A stretch of DNA of 64,000 nucleotides from Octopus vulgaris. Lineage: Eukaryota. Shown piece after piece: positions 13,902-27,599 of this stretch (position 1 is its first letter; every line of letters starts with the position of its first letter). The DNA lies in assembly GCA_951406725.2 (NCBI GenBank), contig OX597817.1, forward strand, positions 166,842,001-166,906,000, in the 5' to 3' direction. The translations under genes and the position numbers were made by a program. The notes below the pieces were generated by a model that was not told the origin of the DNA, did not search any database, and saw only the letters and a program-made list of their open reading frames with translations.

Positions 13902-14198
13902 TAAATAACATCAAAGGTAGATAATTATTACCTTTGGGGGTTTTATTCCCATGCTGGCTACTTGATAATTTTGATAATTAAATTAACGATCTTATCCTTA
14001 TTTATATAAATTTATATTTATTTCGTCATTATATTTACTGCGGTGTTATTTTGACCATATCGCACGAAGAGTTATAGGCGGGCAATTTAAACTGGTCGTG
14101 TGCATAAGTGTATATATCTGTATGTATACGTTCGTATATGTAAGTATTTGTATGTTATATGTATTTATAGATGTATATTTATGTTACTATCTATATAT

Positions 14199-14256
14199 AT
14201 TCCACTGATGAGGCAAAGCATTTCTTATGCAAAGTTAGAAATCTAGGATCTGGAAT
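14199..14256 (+). ncRNA. Type-I hammerhead ribozyme candidate
   Basis: Stem I attcca/tggaat, CTGATGA, stem II containing gcat/atgc, GAAA, stem III atc-tag-gat, cleavage triplet AUC. Confidence 0.6.
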
Positions 14257-14399
14257 TATCCAGTAATTTTTTACTAGTTCCTCTTGTCCTTTTGTCTTCT
14301 CTCCTGGTGCTGTATGAACATTTAATGTAGTTTTAGAGTCAAGTTTTGGCTGCTATTTCCAGCGTGGAGGTATCTCTTAGATACCCTAAATTATATATA

Positions 14400-14456
<57 letters not shown>

Positions 14457-15257
14457 GTATACACTTTTGCAGATGGAGTTTATGTAAATATATATGGTAA
14501 TTTGTGAGACGTTCAGACAACTGTAAGTGCAAAATCTCATCACTCTTGAACTAGATACCTATTTGAAGTGCAATTTATTTGGGAAAACAATTACGTTTAT
14601 GTATAAATACATGAAAGCATTACCAGTGAAAAAACACATATGTGAGGAATGAAATCTAGGATATCCTCCGATAATTAGAATGTCAATGTAAAAGTGTGTA
14701 CAAGGATAGGTATATTGAGATGTAGAGAAAACGGGAAAATATATGTATATGTTTACATACAAAAATGCTTAAGCGAAATATTAAAATTATCTGCACATAT
14801 AACAACAATAAGTGCGTATGCATATGTATGTACGCTTGCTTGTATACATATATGCATATATGCTTGTATGGATACATACATGTGTATGTGTTTGTGTGTG
14901 TGTGCGTGTGAGTGCAGACATCGCACAAGCAAGTCAATGTCCTACTAAGTGCTGGTTGTATGTAAACAGCTTTATATCTATTGTCGTGGTAAAATAACGA
15001 CCGATATAAAGCAAGGATAAAATTAATAAAAAAATATATATAAATATATCGATGAGTATTTGAGAAGCAAAGAACGAGAAAATGAGGGATAGGAAATGTG
15101 TTAAAAGAAAAACATTGAAACAAATTGACATCAGCAGCAATTATACTAACTACATTAAGCAACGAAAGATCCTATCAAGCCAACGATGGAATCACTTCTA
15201 CTAATACAACTACTAAAAAGCAACAACTACTCATATGACTACATATACTAATAATGT

Positions 15258-15445
15258 TTTTCATATTCTGGCACAACGCCAGCAATTTCGTGGAAAGACG
15301 TAAGGGGATTACATTGATCTCATCCGAAAGGATGCGAAGCAAAATCGATCGCGACGAAACTTGAACTCAGAACGTATAGACGGACAACGTATTGCTAAGG
15401 ATTTTTGACCGGCAATCTAACGAATATGCTAGCTCATCGCCTTAT
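15258..15445 (-). mobile_element. SINE family C, diverged
   Basis: ttgaactcagaacgtatagacggac. Confidence 0.7.
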
Positions 15446-15466
15446 CAACAACAACTTATAATAATG

Positions 15467-15578
<112 letters not shown>

Positions 15579-15592
15579 TAATAATAATAAAA

Positions 15593-15625
<33 letters not shown>

Positions 15626-15626
15626 T

Positions 15627-15684
15627 GCATACCAGGCAGTGGCTCTCAATAACTGATTGGATGTTAATAATTGTTTTGTCTTGG

Positions 15685-15727
<43 letters not shown>

Positions 15728-16089
15728 TTGCATCTCTGATCACGAGCAGAAGTAGTAGGGGAGCATCATAGCCATGTGTTGAGAGGGATTCTTTGGGGTT
15801 TGAATAATTCACCTCTGGAAACGGGTGGTTCTTTCAACATCCTTAAACAACCCTTATTCAGGGACCTTTTGAGCGGGATGGGCTACTCAACCTGAAGAAA
15901 ATTCTAACTGGGCCCCACCTGCAAGGTCATATGATGTTTATCTTGATATGAGATCACCATGTCGCGCACATATAGTTGTGATGCATGTGCCTGGTGTACC
16001 CTTATCAGACGGGTAGTCATGATGGGTATATTGGGCTTCGTATATTTTACCCCAGTGTCACTTTGATGGCATGAACTGCTCTCTCACTC

Positions 16090-16090
<1 letters not shown>
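15627..16090 (+). mobile_element. Element E: 5' fragment (15627-15686) and 5'-truncated copy (15730-16090), separated and flanked by (AAT)n
   Basis: Near-identical to 40737-41290. Confidence 0.85.
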
Positions 16091-16149
<59 letters not shown>

Positions 16150-16168
16150 GATAATAATAATAATAATG

Positions 16169-16253
<85 letters not shown>

Positions 16254-16274
16254 TAATAGTAGTAGTAATAATAA

Positions 16275-16311
<37 letters not shown>

Positions 16312-16351
16312 CGTAGTAGTAGTAGTAGTAGTAGTAATAACAGTTATCACG

Positions 16352-16888
16352 ATGTAGTGGCTCTCATGGCTTCTGATCTTAACTGATTGGAAGTATTATC
16401 ATGTACATTATTTTGTCTTGGTATAAAAGATTGACTATATCAAACATTCAGCTAAATACCACAGATTTGCTTACCAGCTGCTTGACCATAACCAGTTCAG
16501 TATGTCCCTTGGTGGCTGACGATATGTGCATCTCTGATCACGAGTAGAAGTAGTGGGGGCGCCTCATAGCCATATGTTGTGAGGAATTCTTGGAGGTTTG
16601 GATAATTCACCTTTGGAAACATGTATGATTTGCTCATCATCCTTAAATAAATTTTCTTCAGGAACCTTTTGAGCGAGGCGGGCTACTCGACCTGAAGATA
16701 ATTCTAACGGCCTCATCTGCAAAGTCATAGTGCTGTTCATCTTGATATGAGATCACCATGTCGCGCACATATGGTTGTGATGCATGTGTCTTGTGTACCC
16801 TTATCAGATGGGAAGTCACGATGGGTATACTGGACTTCGTATATTTTACCCCAGTGTCACTTTGATGGCATGCACTGCTCTTTCACTC

Positions 16889-16890
<2 letters not shown>
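16352..16890 (+). mobile_element. Element E, near full length, followed by (AAT)n
   Basis: Homologous to 40737-41290. Confidence 0.85.
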
Positions 16891-16940
<50 letters not shown>

Positions 16941-16944
16941 GAAA

Positions 16945-17092
16945 CGCCTTCTAATTCAGACACAAGGCTAATAATTATGAGAGGAGGGGATTGTCGATGC
17001 CATTGACTCAGTACTTGTCTCATACTTTATTTTATCGAGCCCGGGACGTTGAAAGTTAAATTTGATCTGGATGGGATTTGAACTCAGACATT
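16945..17092 (-). mobile_element. SINE family C, diverged 3' part
   Basis: cacaaggc...gggatttgaactcaga. Confidence 0.6.
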
Positions 17093-17719
17093 AAAACATA
17101 CAAACGCCCGAACAAATATCATCAGGCAATTTGACTAAAGCCACAAGCGTAACGGATGAATATCGTACCATCTTATATAAGACAAACGTCTTGAACTGAA
17201 ATAAAGCATATACAAAGTATCAAGTAAGTGATAGACCCCGCAGAGCAGACGACCGCCTACTAGGACTGCTCAAATAAGAAACTACACACAACCAAAATCC
17301 TCCTGACAACTAAGGGCTACTACTCTTACCCAAATGTCATTCTCAAATCTAGAGGCAAAGGGCACAGGCTGAGAGCAAAACCATTGATACGTGTCATATT
17401 GCTGAAGCCACCCCCTTTTAAACAAATTTACTAAGATGAGCACCTCTGACTCCACCGACCTCTCCTTTCCAAATAGAATTTGAAAAAATTTCGATGAGGT
17501 TTTAGCCGTAGAAGACAGAATCTACCTTCACTCCTTTTCATCTCTCAACTCCTTTCACACAACTCCTTTCGCCATAGCCACCAAAATAATACTATGACCG
17601 TTATCTGCACTCTGTTACTGCTATTATTAAAATAAAAACAATAGCAATCAATTAAATTACTGTTACTGTTGTTGTTGCTGCAGCTAATGTTACATCTAAA
17701 GTAACAGCACAAAGAATAA

Positions 17720-18200
17720 TGTTACTACTATTATTATTATTAGTAATGATGACGATGATGAGGATCATGATGAGGATCATGATAATAATGATGGTAGTGA
17801 TGGTGGTGGTGGTGACGACGATGATGTTGATTGTGGGTTCGATGGTCGTCGTCGCGATGATGATGATGATGATGATCATGATGATGATCATGATCATGAT
17901 GATTATGATGATGATGATGATTATGATGATGATTATGATGGAGGTGGTGGTACTGGTGCTGGTGATGATGATGATGATGATGATTATGATGGAGGTGCTG
18001 GTGCTGGTGCTGGTGATGATGATGATGGAGGAGGTGGTGGTGGTGGTGGTGGTGGTGGTGGTGCAGGTGATGATGATGATGATGATGATAATGATGAAGA
18101 TGATGATGATGAAGATGATGATGATGAAGATGGAGATGATGATGATGAGGAGGAGGAGGAGGGGAGGAGGAGGAGGAGGAGGATAATGTTGATGATGATA
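17720..18200. repeat. (GAT)n/(GGT)n/(GAG)n microsatellite
   Basis: Direct reading. Confidence 0.9.
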
Positions 18201-18744
18201 TAAGTCAGTTAAGCGATTTTGCATTCGCTTGCATTCATACAATAGAAAAATGCGAGAGCAGAAGTAAACAACGAACGACTACAAAAGATAAAAGTCACTA
18301 ACTGAGAATGGACGAGTGCAAGCATATGGACTGTATACTACAAAGTCTACTTAGTGAAAGTGAGGTAACCCAGAGGACAATTGATAATATTTCTGAATAA
18401 AAAAGGGAGAAAAAATACATCATATATAAATTAATGAAAGAACGGCAAGAAATAATAGAACGTTTTAATAAAAAAATAAATGTGCGCCTTAAATAATGAA
18501 TTAATAACGTATAACATTAACTAAAAACAGTTCATTTAACACTATTACGCTTCTGAAAGCAATTCGTAAATATTATATACGGAAATACACTCTAACATAA
18601 AAATAGAGACAACCCGCTGCTGAAAAATTTGAAGTATTTTGGAAATTGTTATATTTCGGGACGGTAATTTTCTTTTCTTTCTTTTATTTTTTGCCAAATT
18701 AACACATGCACTATATATTCATTATTCGCACTATATATTCGTTA

Positions 18745-18922
18745 TTCTATCGATCCCTTTTGGCGAACTGCTAAGTTACGGGGACATAAACACACCAACA
18801 TCGGTTGTCGGGTGATGGTGGTGGAAAACAGACACATAAATATATACATACACATATATATACATTAATAATTATATACATATATATAACTCTGTTTGTA
18901 TGTATGTATGAATATATGCATG

Positions 18923-18963
<41 letters not shown>

Positions 18964-18964
18964 A

Positions 18965-19013
<49 letters not shown>

Positions 19014-19392
19014 CGGGCTTCTTTCAGTTTCCGTCAACAAAATCCACTTACAAGGCTTTTGGTCTGTCTGGGACTATAGAAGAAGACATTTGCCTAAGGT
19101 GTCACGCAGTGGGACTGAAAACGGGATTATGTATTTGGAAAGCAAGCCTCTTATTTCTTTATTGCCCACAAGGAGCTACACATACAGGGGACAAACAAGG
19201 ACAGACAAAGGGGTTAAGTCGATTACATAGACCCCAGTGCGTAACTGGTACTTAATTTACCGACCCCGAAAGGATGAAAGGCAAAGTCGACCTCAGCGGA
19301 ATTTGAACTAAGAACGTAACGGCAGACGAAATACCGCTAAGCATTTCGCTCGGTGTGCTAACGCTTCTTACCACACAGCCACGCCTGCGCCA
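18745..19392 (-). mobile_element. SINE family B interrupted by a SINE C insertion (19150-19365)
   Basis: The B head resumes at cttcttaccacacagccacgcctgcgcc; gcctctta/gcttctta flank the C copy like a TSD. Confidence 0.85.
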
Positions 19393-19599
19393 TATATGTG
19401 ATTTATCCTAAACAGCGTCGGAAAATGACAACATCGTGATGTTGAAAACATTGAAAATATTTGTTAATTGCTCTTTGACAATCCGCGCTTCCAATAACGT
19501 TCACGTCACATATTGTAGTACATAAATTCGTTCCACATGACTAGCTTGTCAAAACGCTGGAAGTGAATCAATTTATTAACGTGATGGCGAACATTCAGC

Positions 19600-20160
19600 A
19601 AAACAACAAGAACGGAATAAATGCAGCGGACTTCTTCTTAAGCAAGTGTAACATTAAGACTTGCAAGATCCAACACCACAAGAATACCTGCTTAGATATT
19701 CCCAGAAGACACAACAGCAGATTCTCCTTTCACTGCTGCCTTACAGCTGAAAAATTGAAGAAGGTAATTTCAGTATTCTGTAAGAAGATGGAGGGCAAAA
19801 TCTTCCACCATCTTCACTTGTATGATAATCTTAAATGATAACTGCAAATGGCTTCCAGGCTGAGTCCCATCAGTACTTAAAATGGTTTAGCAAGAATATT
19901 CAGATGTTTATTAGACTGAAAAACACAAGACGTCAACACAACGTAAAAGACTGGTATCTCGAATAAGTGATTTAGAATTCCTGGGAGGTACAATGTAAAA
20001 GACCTTGACATTTCCTAAGGTACCGTCAAAACTGGGTGTACTAATCGAACAATCATAAAGAACAACTGAAAAGATACGTCTCTAACTGACCAATACTTCT
20101 GCAAATTATATTTCATAGGAATAATTAAGAAAAATAACCTAACCCTGGCTTGGACGACAA
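19600..20160 (+). pseudogene. Highly decayed non-LTR retrotransposon fragment, possibly CRE-like
   Basis: Only weak motif echoes (KIEEGNFS; TFPK) and many stops. Confidence 0.25.
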
Positions 20161-20199
20161 ACTCCAGCCCATATTTCTAGCAGATCCTAAGGTAACAAG

Positions 20200-20400
20200 C
20201 AGAAAGAAACGTTAGCACGCTGAGCAAAATGCTCAACGGCATTTTGCCTGTCTTTAACGTTCTGAATTAAAATTCCGCCGATGTTAGATTTTCCTTTCAT
20301 CTTTTCGCGGTCGATAAACTAATTATCAGTTAAACAGTGAGATTACGGTAACCAGTTCCACACTTGTCAAATTTGCTGGTTTCGTGCCAAAATAAGAAAA
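20200..20400 (+). mobile_element. SINE family C, diverged
   Basis: gaaacgttagcacgctgagcaaaatgc...aaattccgccga. Confidence 0.7.
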
Positions 20401-21317
20401 GAATATTTCTAGCAGGTCCATCAGCCACGTAGAGCTTCCTTCTGCGTTTCAATAGGCTAGGTTCCTAGTTTTTGGTGTTAATCTGTGAAAATATTGTGCG
20501 TATTCTACAATTATTATCTGTGCGGGAGGTTTTTCTAACCGAGCCGGACTCACATAATAATGACTTGATGGATCTCTCTGTTTTGTTTTGTTTTCTGCTG
20601 CATTACTAAAATACTATACAGAAGTGCAATGGATGAATAAACAATGCAGAAATTAAAATTCTTTCCGCACATCTAAAACATTCGACATCATGACAGGTTA
20701 CAGAAGCAGTTTACATAGAAGACGATTCTGATCCAACACACAGTCACTAGAAAGAGTAAGTGTAGTGACAGTATCACTACAACAAGCTCCCACCGCAGTT
20801 ACTACGATAGTACAAGAATAAAGATAAAATTAAAGTAATGTTAACTACCATGCTCACTATCAAATATGCCTGTAAAGACTCGCACTCGCATACAGACACA
20901 CAACCTTTAAACCGTATATACAAACGTCCACACACGCTTTCTTATATTGACACAAGCAAAAGCAAAGACAAGTAAAATAAAAACAAAATAAAAACAGTGA
21001 AAGTAAAAAAAAACAGGCTTGACAGGATATGGATGATGCTTGGCAACAGGACATATAACAGAGAATGAGTACTATAGCTGTGTATTTATGTGTGTATGAA
21101 TTTGTGTGTGTGTGTATGTGTGTGAGTGTAAGTGAGTGTGTTCGTGTTGGCAGTAGGATACATTCAGAGTACAACAGTATCGGTTTCAACACACGATTTC
21201 TGATGAATAATATTCTTACTAAAATATTTAAAATAATACACACACGCACGCACGCACGCAGACGCAGACACACACACACACATTCATATATATATAATAG
21301 GAAATTTAGACAAATAC

Positions 21318-21398
<81 letters not shown>

Positions 21399-21399
21399 C

Positions 21400-21478
<79 letters not shown>

Positions 21479-23617
21479 CATATATATATATACATATATA
21501 TTGCTGTACGCACACATACATATGTGAGTATGTGTGCACTTGTATGTATGTATGTATATATGCATGGATGTAGGTGAAAATGTGAGACAGAGAAAGAGAG
21601 AAGGAGAAAATTAAATGACTATCGCATTGTATAATTAATATATTTTGTGTCTGTATCACTAAACATCTTCACACAAGCACAATCACGTACTCATACATAT
21701 TCATAAACACGCTTCTTTTTTTCCTCCAAACATTTATACACACAAATTCAAACTAACTTTACTACATAGCTCTGGGAGCCAACAAGAGAGTCTGTACATT
21801 TTCGCTGAGTATGTTAGAAATAGTAGCCAAATCTCCCTCAATTTATGCTCAATTGTCTTAGAAGACAAAATAAGCATATTGGATATTGTAATCCCACAAA
21901 GTGTTAAAAAGATGGGATGGTCTTAGCTGGAATGTCATTCATTATGAATCTTACGTAATAGGATTGATCGAAGAAGTGGGGATAAAAACACCAACAAAAA
22001 CTTCACTAATGTGTGAAAATTTCCAAGTGTTAAAGACACAGTCGTGCTTACTCGTTTTAAGTTAGTACTGGGCGAGAAATTGATAGGGTGGTCAGAGCGC
22101 TGAACAAAAGGTTTTGTGATATTTGTCCTACCCCCACTACCTGTTCTTTGAGATCAAACCCTGTCGAAGTCAACTTTTCTTTCATTGTTCTGAAGCTTTT
22201 ATAATAAACTATCAGACAGGGCCGTGGACTAACGGAGCTGTTGGAGCGTCGAACGAGATATTTTGTGATATTCATTCCGGTTCTTTGAGTTATATAACAC
22301 TCACCACCTAGCTAAACCGGGTGCAAATTGCAGATTTAACCTCTTACTGCCGCTGGTACTCATTTTTGTCAGTATGAACTGGAGCAACAGAATTAAGTGT
22401 TTTCATCAAGGACCCAACGACCGCGCTCCCCGGTTTTGGAATTAAAACTGCGAGCTCCTGGTCATGAGCCTAACACTCTAACAATTAAACAACACTGCTT
22501 CACAATATATGTGTATTTATGTGAGTATGAGTATTACCAACGAAAGAGGAAAACAGTGACCAATTAGTGGTTAGAGATATTGTTTATTTAAACTAGTGTT
22601 TCCTTAGCGACTAGATTTTCATATCATGAAGATCGTCAGGCGAACTATTTTGTTAATAATATTTTGAGCTGGTTTTAATATACATTCGAGTGGGCTAATC
22701 GATTTTATTTAGATTGTCCTAAATTAAGTTGTTGATTTCGTATTCTTAACTCGTTTAAATGAAATTGTTTATGTATCCCATTTCATATTTGTTGTCACAT
22801 CGTTACTCGCTAAATCATATCCTAATTTGTTTAAGATGTTTACATATTTATCGTTCTTGTTCTTGCAAGACTTCTTAGTTCTCCTTTATGTCTCCTTAGT
22901 TCTCATGTCGATTATGTCAGCATAACCTGTTTTACTAAAGCAGTTCACGATCGCTAAACAAGCTACTTTAGTAAAACAAGATGTGATGATTTAATCGACA
23001 AGGAGCTCAACCGAACCGACCAAGGAAAAAAGATGAGCTAATAAAGATTTTTTAGAAAAACAAAACGACGATCGACTATCGGAAGCGACTGTCATGCAGA
23101 CGCAGGAAAAAATATTGAACTGGTCACTGAAAATTTTATTTAAATAACAGATAATTATTAAATCGAAAATCGAAGTGAGTGCAACGACCGACTTCACTAA
23201 TGAAAGGGATAATATAAAACTGAGTTTAAAAAATGCAAACAGGAACTACAAACAAATGACAAACAGGATATAACAACGAATCTGTACAATGGAGCCATTA
23301 CTAGTAACAAATTAGCAAATGAAACGATGGCAACCATATGCAACATCTAAATAAATCAACATTTAGAAAACGGCTAGCAGAAATTATAACCACAATCAAG
23401 GTAATGAATACAAATGAATATAAAACTAACCCGAAAAACTAAAAGAAGTTCACCTCATATATTAGCGTGTAATTCGAGTGTTGAGAAAAATTCAGCTTAA
23501 GTACACTTTACTCAGCCATGTGTGCATGAGCGTGTTAGAGTGTGAGTGAGTGTGTGTCTGCATGTGTGCCTGTGCTTATCTATCTACCTCTCTCTCTCTA
23601 CGTATATGTGTGTGTGC

Positions 23618-23651
<34 letters not shown>

Positions 23652-23681
23652 GTGTGCTTATATATACATACACACATATAT

Positions 23682-24255
23682 ATCCTTAAATCCTTAAATC
23701 CTTAAAAATGTTTTAGCCCGAAGGCCGCGGCCATGCTGGGGCACCACCGCTGAATGAGCTACACTAATATGGGAATCCACCTCTGATACGTGGCACTTGA
23801 TCAACAAGGGAGTTCGATGCTGCTGCCCGCATCTGCGTCTCCTGTCGTGAGGTAGGTTCATCTGGGACTCCCGACAAGAAGATATCCAGTTTAGTTTTAA
23901 AGAAACCCACATCCACACCATGTAAGTCTCTCAGGCATTTAGGGAGGATGTTAAAGAGCTGTGGTCCTCTGAAACCCAAGCCGTTGCAGTATCTGGTCCT
24001 GTATTTTGATGGTGATGTTGGAATCTTTGGCACCATGCAGTGGCGCCCCGTTCTGCGGTTGGAGTAACTTTGAATGCCAAAGTTTGGGACAAGACCCTCC
24101 AGGATTTTCCAGATGTATATCACCGCATATCTCTCCCGCCTCCGCTCTAGGGAGAAGAGGTTTAATACTTTCAGATTTTCCCAGTAGCTGATATTTTGCA
24201 TTGAGACGATCTTCTTTGTGTAGCTTCTCTGAATTGCTTCGAGTTCTGCTGTTAG
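23682..24255 (-). mobile_element. CR1-type LINE 3' end (ORF2 C-terminus, short 3' UTR, (TTTAAGGA)n tail)
   Basis: ORF 23764-24201 SYWENLKVLNLFSLERRRER...FKTKLDIFL is typical of a CR1 ORF2 C-terminus. Confidence 0.9.
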
Positions 24256-24334
24256 TTTTATATTGTGTGGTGACCATAGTTGGTTATATACATAACCACA
24301 TGTGAATCTTTGGCGACTTTTCTTTTGGACTTCT

Positions 24335-24369
24335 GTTTCTGAAGAAGAATTTTGCTCGAAACGTAAAAC
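24335..24369 (+). ncRNA. Minimal type-I hammerhead candidate
   Basis: gttt-ctgaaga-agaattttgctc-gaaa-cg-ta-aaac; stem II weakened. Confidence 0.5.
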
Positions 24370-24483
24370 TACCTATCTTTCCTTCCCTGAGCATCTGCTA
24401 ATACTTTGCATGTACCACGTCCTCGCGTTGATTTTTCTCTTGTTTGTTCTGCGTATTTTGGGGATTTACTATATATATAATAT

Positions 24484-24576
<93 letters not shown>

Positions 24577-24586
24577 TATGTATTAG

Positions 24587-24927
24587 AAGGCGCATGGCTC
24601 AGTGGTTAGAGCGTCGAGCTTACGATCGTGAGGTTGTGAGCTCGAATCCCGGACCGGGCTGCGTGTTGTGTTCTCGAGCAAGGCACTTTATTTCATGTTG
24701 CTCCAGTTCACTCAGCTGTAGAAATGAGTTGCGACGTCACTGGTGCCAAGCTGTATCGACCTTTGTCTTTCCCTTGGATAACACTGGTGGCGTGGAGAGG
24801 GGAGGCTGGTATGCATGGGCGACTGCTGGCCCTCCATAAACAACCTTGCCCGGACTTGTGTCTAGGAGGGTAACTTTCTAGGTGCAATCCCATGGTCATT
24901 CATGACCGAAGGGGGTATTTACCCTTT
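24587..24927 (+). mobile_element. SINE family A, full length
   Basis: A box TGGCTCAGTGG, B-box-like CTCGAATCCC, core gagcaaggcactttatttca; several copies in window. Confidence 0.9.
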
Positions 24928-24939
24928 ATATATATATAT

Positions 24940-25082
24940 ATACGACAAGATTCTTCTGGTTTCCGTGGTCAGCCCGAGGCTATAGGAGAAGACACTTGCC
25001 CAACGTACCGCGCAATGGGACTGGACCCAGAACTATGTGGTTGGTAAGCAAGCTACTTACCACACAGCCACTCCTGTGCCTG
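24940..25082 (-). mobile_element. SINE family B, 5' part
   Basis: gaagacacttgccca...ttaccacacagccactcctg. Confidence 0.8.
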
Positions 25083-25319
25083 TATATATATATATATAGC
25101 GAAAGAAAGAAAAAGTGAGGAGGAGAGTCAAAATAAGAAAGAGAATGGGGAGATTGACAGGTAGACACTTATAGATAGCTATTTTTAAAATAAGACATCA
25201 TAGTAAGATTACAGGAAAAGTCAAATTTCCTTCGACGTTCGATAATTTTTTCGGATTTCTATTTTTTGGTGACATATGTCAGCAAAGAATATTGGTCTAT
25301 TTCTTTCATATCTACTTCG

Positions 25320-25641
25320 CTATCTCTTTCTCTCTCTTTCCCTCTCTCCCTCTCTCCCTCTCCCTCTTTCTCTCCCATTCTCTCTCACTCTTCCTCTCTC
25401 TCTTTCTCACTCTCTCGTTCTACCAATCTATCTTCCTGTATCTATCTCCCTTTCTCTTCCTCCTTCTCTCTTCCTCCTTCTCTCTTCTTCCTTGTCTCAG
25501 CGTTTCTTGCCTCCATGTCCATAACATTCCCTTAGTTCTAAGCTTTCAACTTCTTCTCTCTTCCTTTCTCTTACTTTGTCTTCCTATCTCTTTTACTTTC
25601 GTGTTCTCTCTTATTTTCTATTTCGCTCCCTTCTTTACTCT

Positions 25642-25674
<33 letters not shown>

Positions 25675-25692
25675 TCTTTCTCTCTCTCTCTT

Positions 25693-25739
<47 letters not shown>

Positions 25740-25870
25740 ATCTGTCTTTCTATCCAGCTATCTATCTATCTTATTTCTTATCTTTTATCTTTCCCTTCTT
25801 CCCCTTTTGTATTCCCTTTCTCACTTTTCTCTTTCTCACAATATTTTCCCCCCTCTATTCTCTTTTCCTC
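25320..25870. repeat. CT-rich low-complexity tract and (CT)n
   Basis: Direct reading. Confidence 0.9.
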
Positions 25871-26063
25871 ACCCTATCACTTTCACACTCAGTCACTACA
25901 TAATTCGTTGTATACAACTTATTAGACAACCTGTATTTCTAACTCTGTCTGTCCACTGACATTTCATCTGTGTCTACCTAACCTGACAGTAAACTACTTA
26001 GTCTATCTTAACTAATTTCGCTTACTATTTTCTCTCTCCTAATTCACACATATAAGCTATATA

Positions 26064-26109
<46 letters not shown>

Positions 26110-26160
26110 AAATAATAATAATAGAAGAGACGGAATATAAAAGATATGAGAATGTTTATT

Positions 26161-26268
26161 GATCACTACAATTGTTTCGAGCCATCTAGCATCAATCCCA
26201 CACGGCTGGGATATTGATCGACTGGTTTAGGAGTATCTTTCGGTTTAGACGTGTCTCTTCGGGTGATT
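26161..26268 (-). ncRNA. Type-I hammerhead candidate with long stem II
   Basis: Minus strand: atcac-ccgaaga-ga...tc-gaaa-caattg-ta-gtgat; stem III palindrome ACAATTGT; GUA site. Confidence 0.6.
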
Positions 26269-26765
26269 ACAAAGTATATCGCGTTAAAATAACGTCTGTT
26301 TCACAAGTTTTTTCTTTACTCAAATACCTAACGAACACTATGAAAGTAAACGTTCTTTACCGGTATGCTACCAAGTGTATACCATACGATTTATTATCTC
26401 ATATACATATATATACAGATAAACGTTATCGACCGTACATACTTTATGTATGTTTCGCTTCTTCGTCGTTTTACTGCGGCATCGCGATTTGGAGACGACT
26501 CCCTCATAGCACTAAGTATTAAAATACCTGAAAATCATAGACAGATGAGACAACTCTCCGTCAGTCCCGACCAAGAATGATGGATATCGATATTTTGTCA
26601 AGTGTTGTGATAGAGTAGACTCCAAAGTGATATTACTGCAGCGAACAAGCAATACACACACACACACACACACTGAGTATGAGTGCTCGATAATGTCCGC
26701 AACACTTGCAGCTTTAATTTCTAACTGAACTTATATATGTGCGTGCGTGTGTGTATGTGTACATG

Positions 26766-26864
<99 letters not shown>

Positions 26865-26867
26865 TAA

Positions 26868-27032
26868 TAGGGAGTATAACTCCAAACTTACAGGGAAAAA
26901 TTCAATTTAGTATTAAATCAAATTTCACAATATAAATATATAATATATATAAATTAGAGAAAAACCACTATTATGCAATTCAAACAATGATAGACATAAA
27001 CCAAATCATAAATAGTGGTTTTTCTCTAATTT
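26868..27032 (-). mobile_element. Penelope pLTR-like terminal fragment with short inversion, same family as 52388-52812
   Basis: aattagagaaaaaccactatt / aatagtggtttttctctaatt inverted pair; ccaaacttacagggaaaaat shared with ~52780-52800. Confidence 0.6.
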
Positions 27033-27115
27033 ATATATATATATATATATAAAATTAACAGAATGAGATAAAAATCCAATGCTGTGAAAGATTTCAGAAC
27101 ATTTATAAAGAGAAG

Positions 27116-27162
27116 GTCTTACAACTGTTTCCGGGATATTTTTATATCCCTTCATCGAAGAC
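27116..27162 (-). ncRNA. Degenerate hammerhead
   Basis: Minus strand: gtct-tcgatga-a-gggatat..atatccc-g-gaaa-cagttg-ta-agac; core mutated. Confidence 0.45.
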
Positions 27163-27399
27163 GGTGCGAGAAAATGGTTAAGCAATAGTTATTCCAGAGA
27201 AGATATGGAATAGGGAGTGAAGTGGACACATTAGAATTTTAATACTAAATGGTGGAATGAATATGCTTTGTTACATATCACTGTATCGTTATCTGCTGGT
27301 AATTACTCTGGATATCCTTCTTACTTATCTTGATTTTAATCACCTTACTTTGAAATTGTACGTATAATACCGTACTAAATTCTAGCACCTCAACTTAAG

Positions 27400-27599
27400 A
27401 GACTATGGCATTACAACCAGCCAGGAACAGTCTTCGCTACATTTGCGGTACCTGCCAGAGGGAGTGTTTGTCCAGGATAGGACTACACAGCCACAGGAGG
27501 AAATGTATCAGGACATGAAATATAAAAGCCGGACTAGACTACTTTATGCGCAACTCCATTGTCTCCCGAGACAGAAAGGATGCCAACCAACCAACCAAC
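27400..27599 (+). mobile_element. RTE-clade LINE 3' end with (CAAC)n tail and 9-bp TSD
   Basis: Encodes YICGTCQRECLSRIGLHSHRRKC* (RTE C-terminal zinc finger); caacttaag at 27391-27399 and 27600-27608. Confidence 0.8.

Noticed and set aside
17150-17620. Possible Penelope RT N-terminal remnant
   Set aside because: Similarity too weak to support by eye
24587-24660. tRNA-like sequences at SINE heads
   Set aside because: No complete cloverleaf or acceptor stem, and they continue into multi-copy SINE bodies
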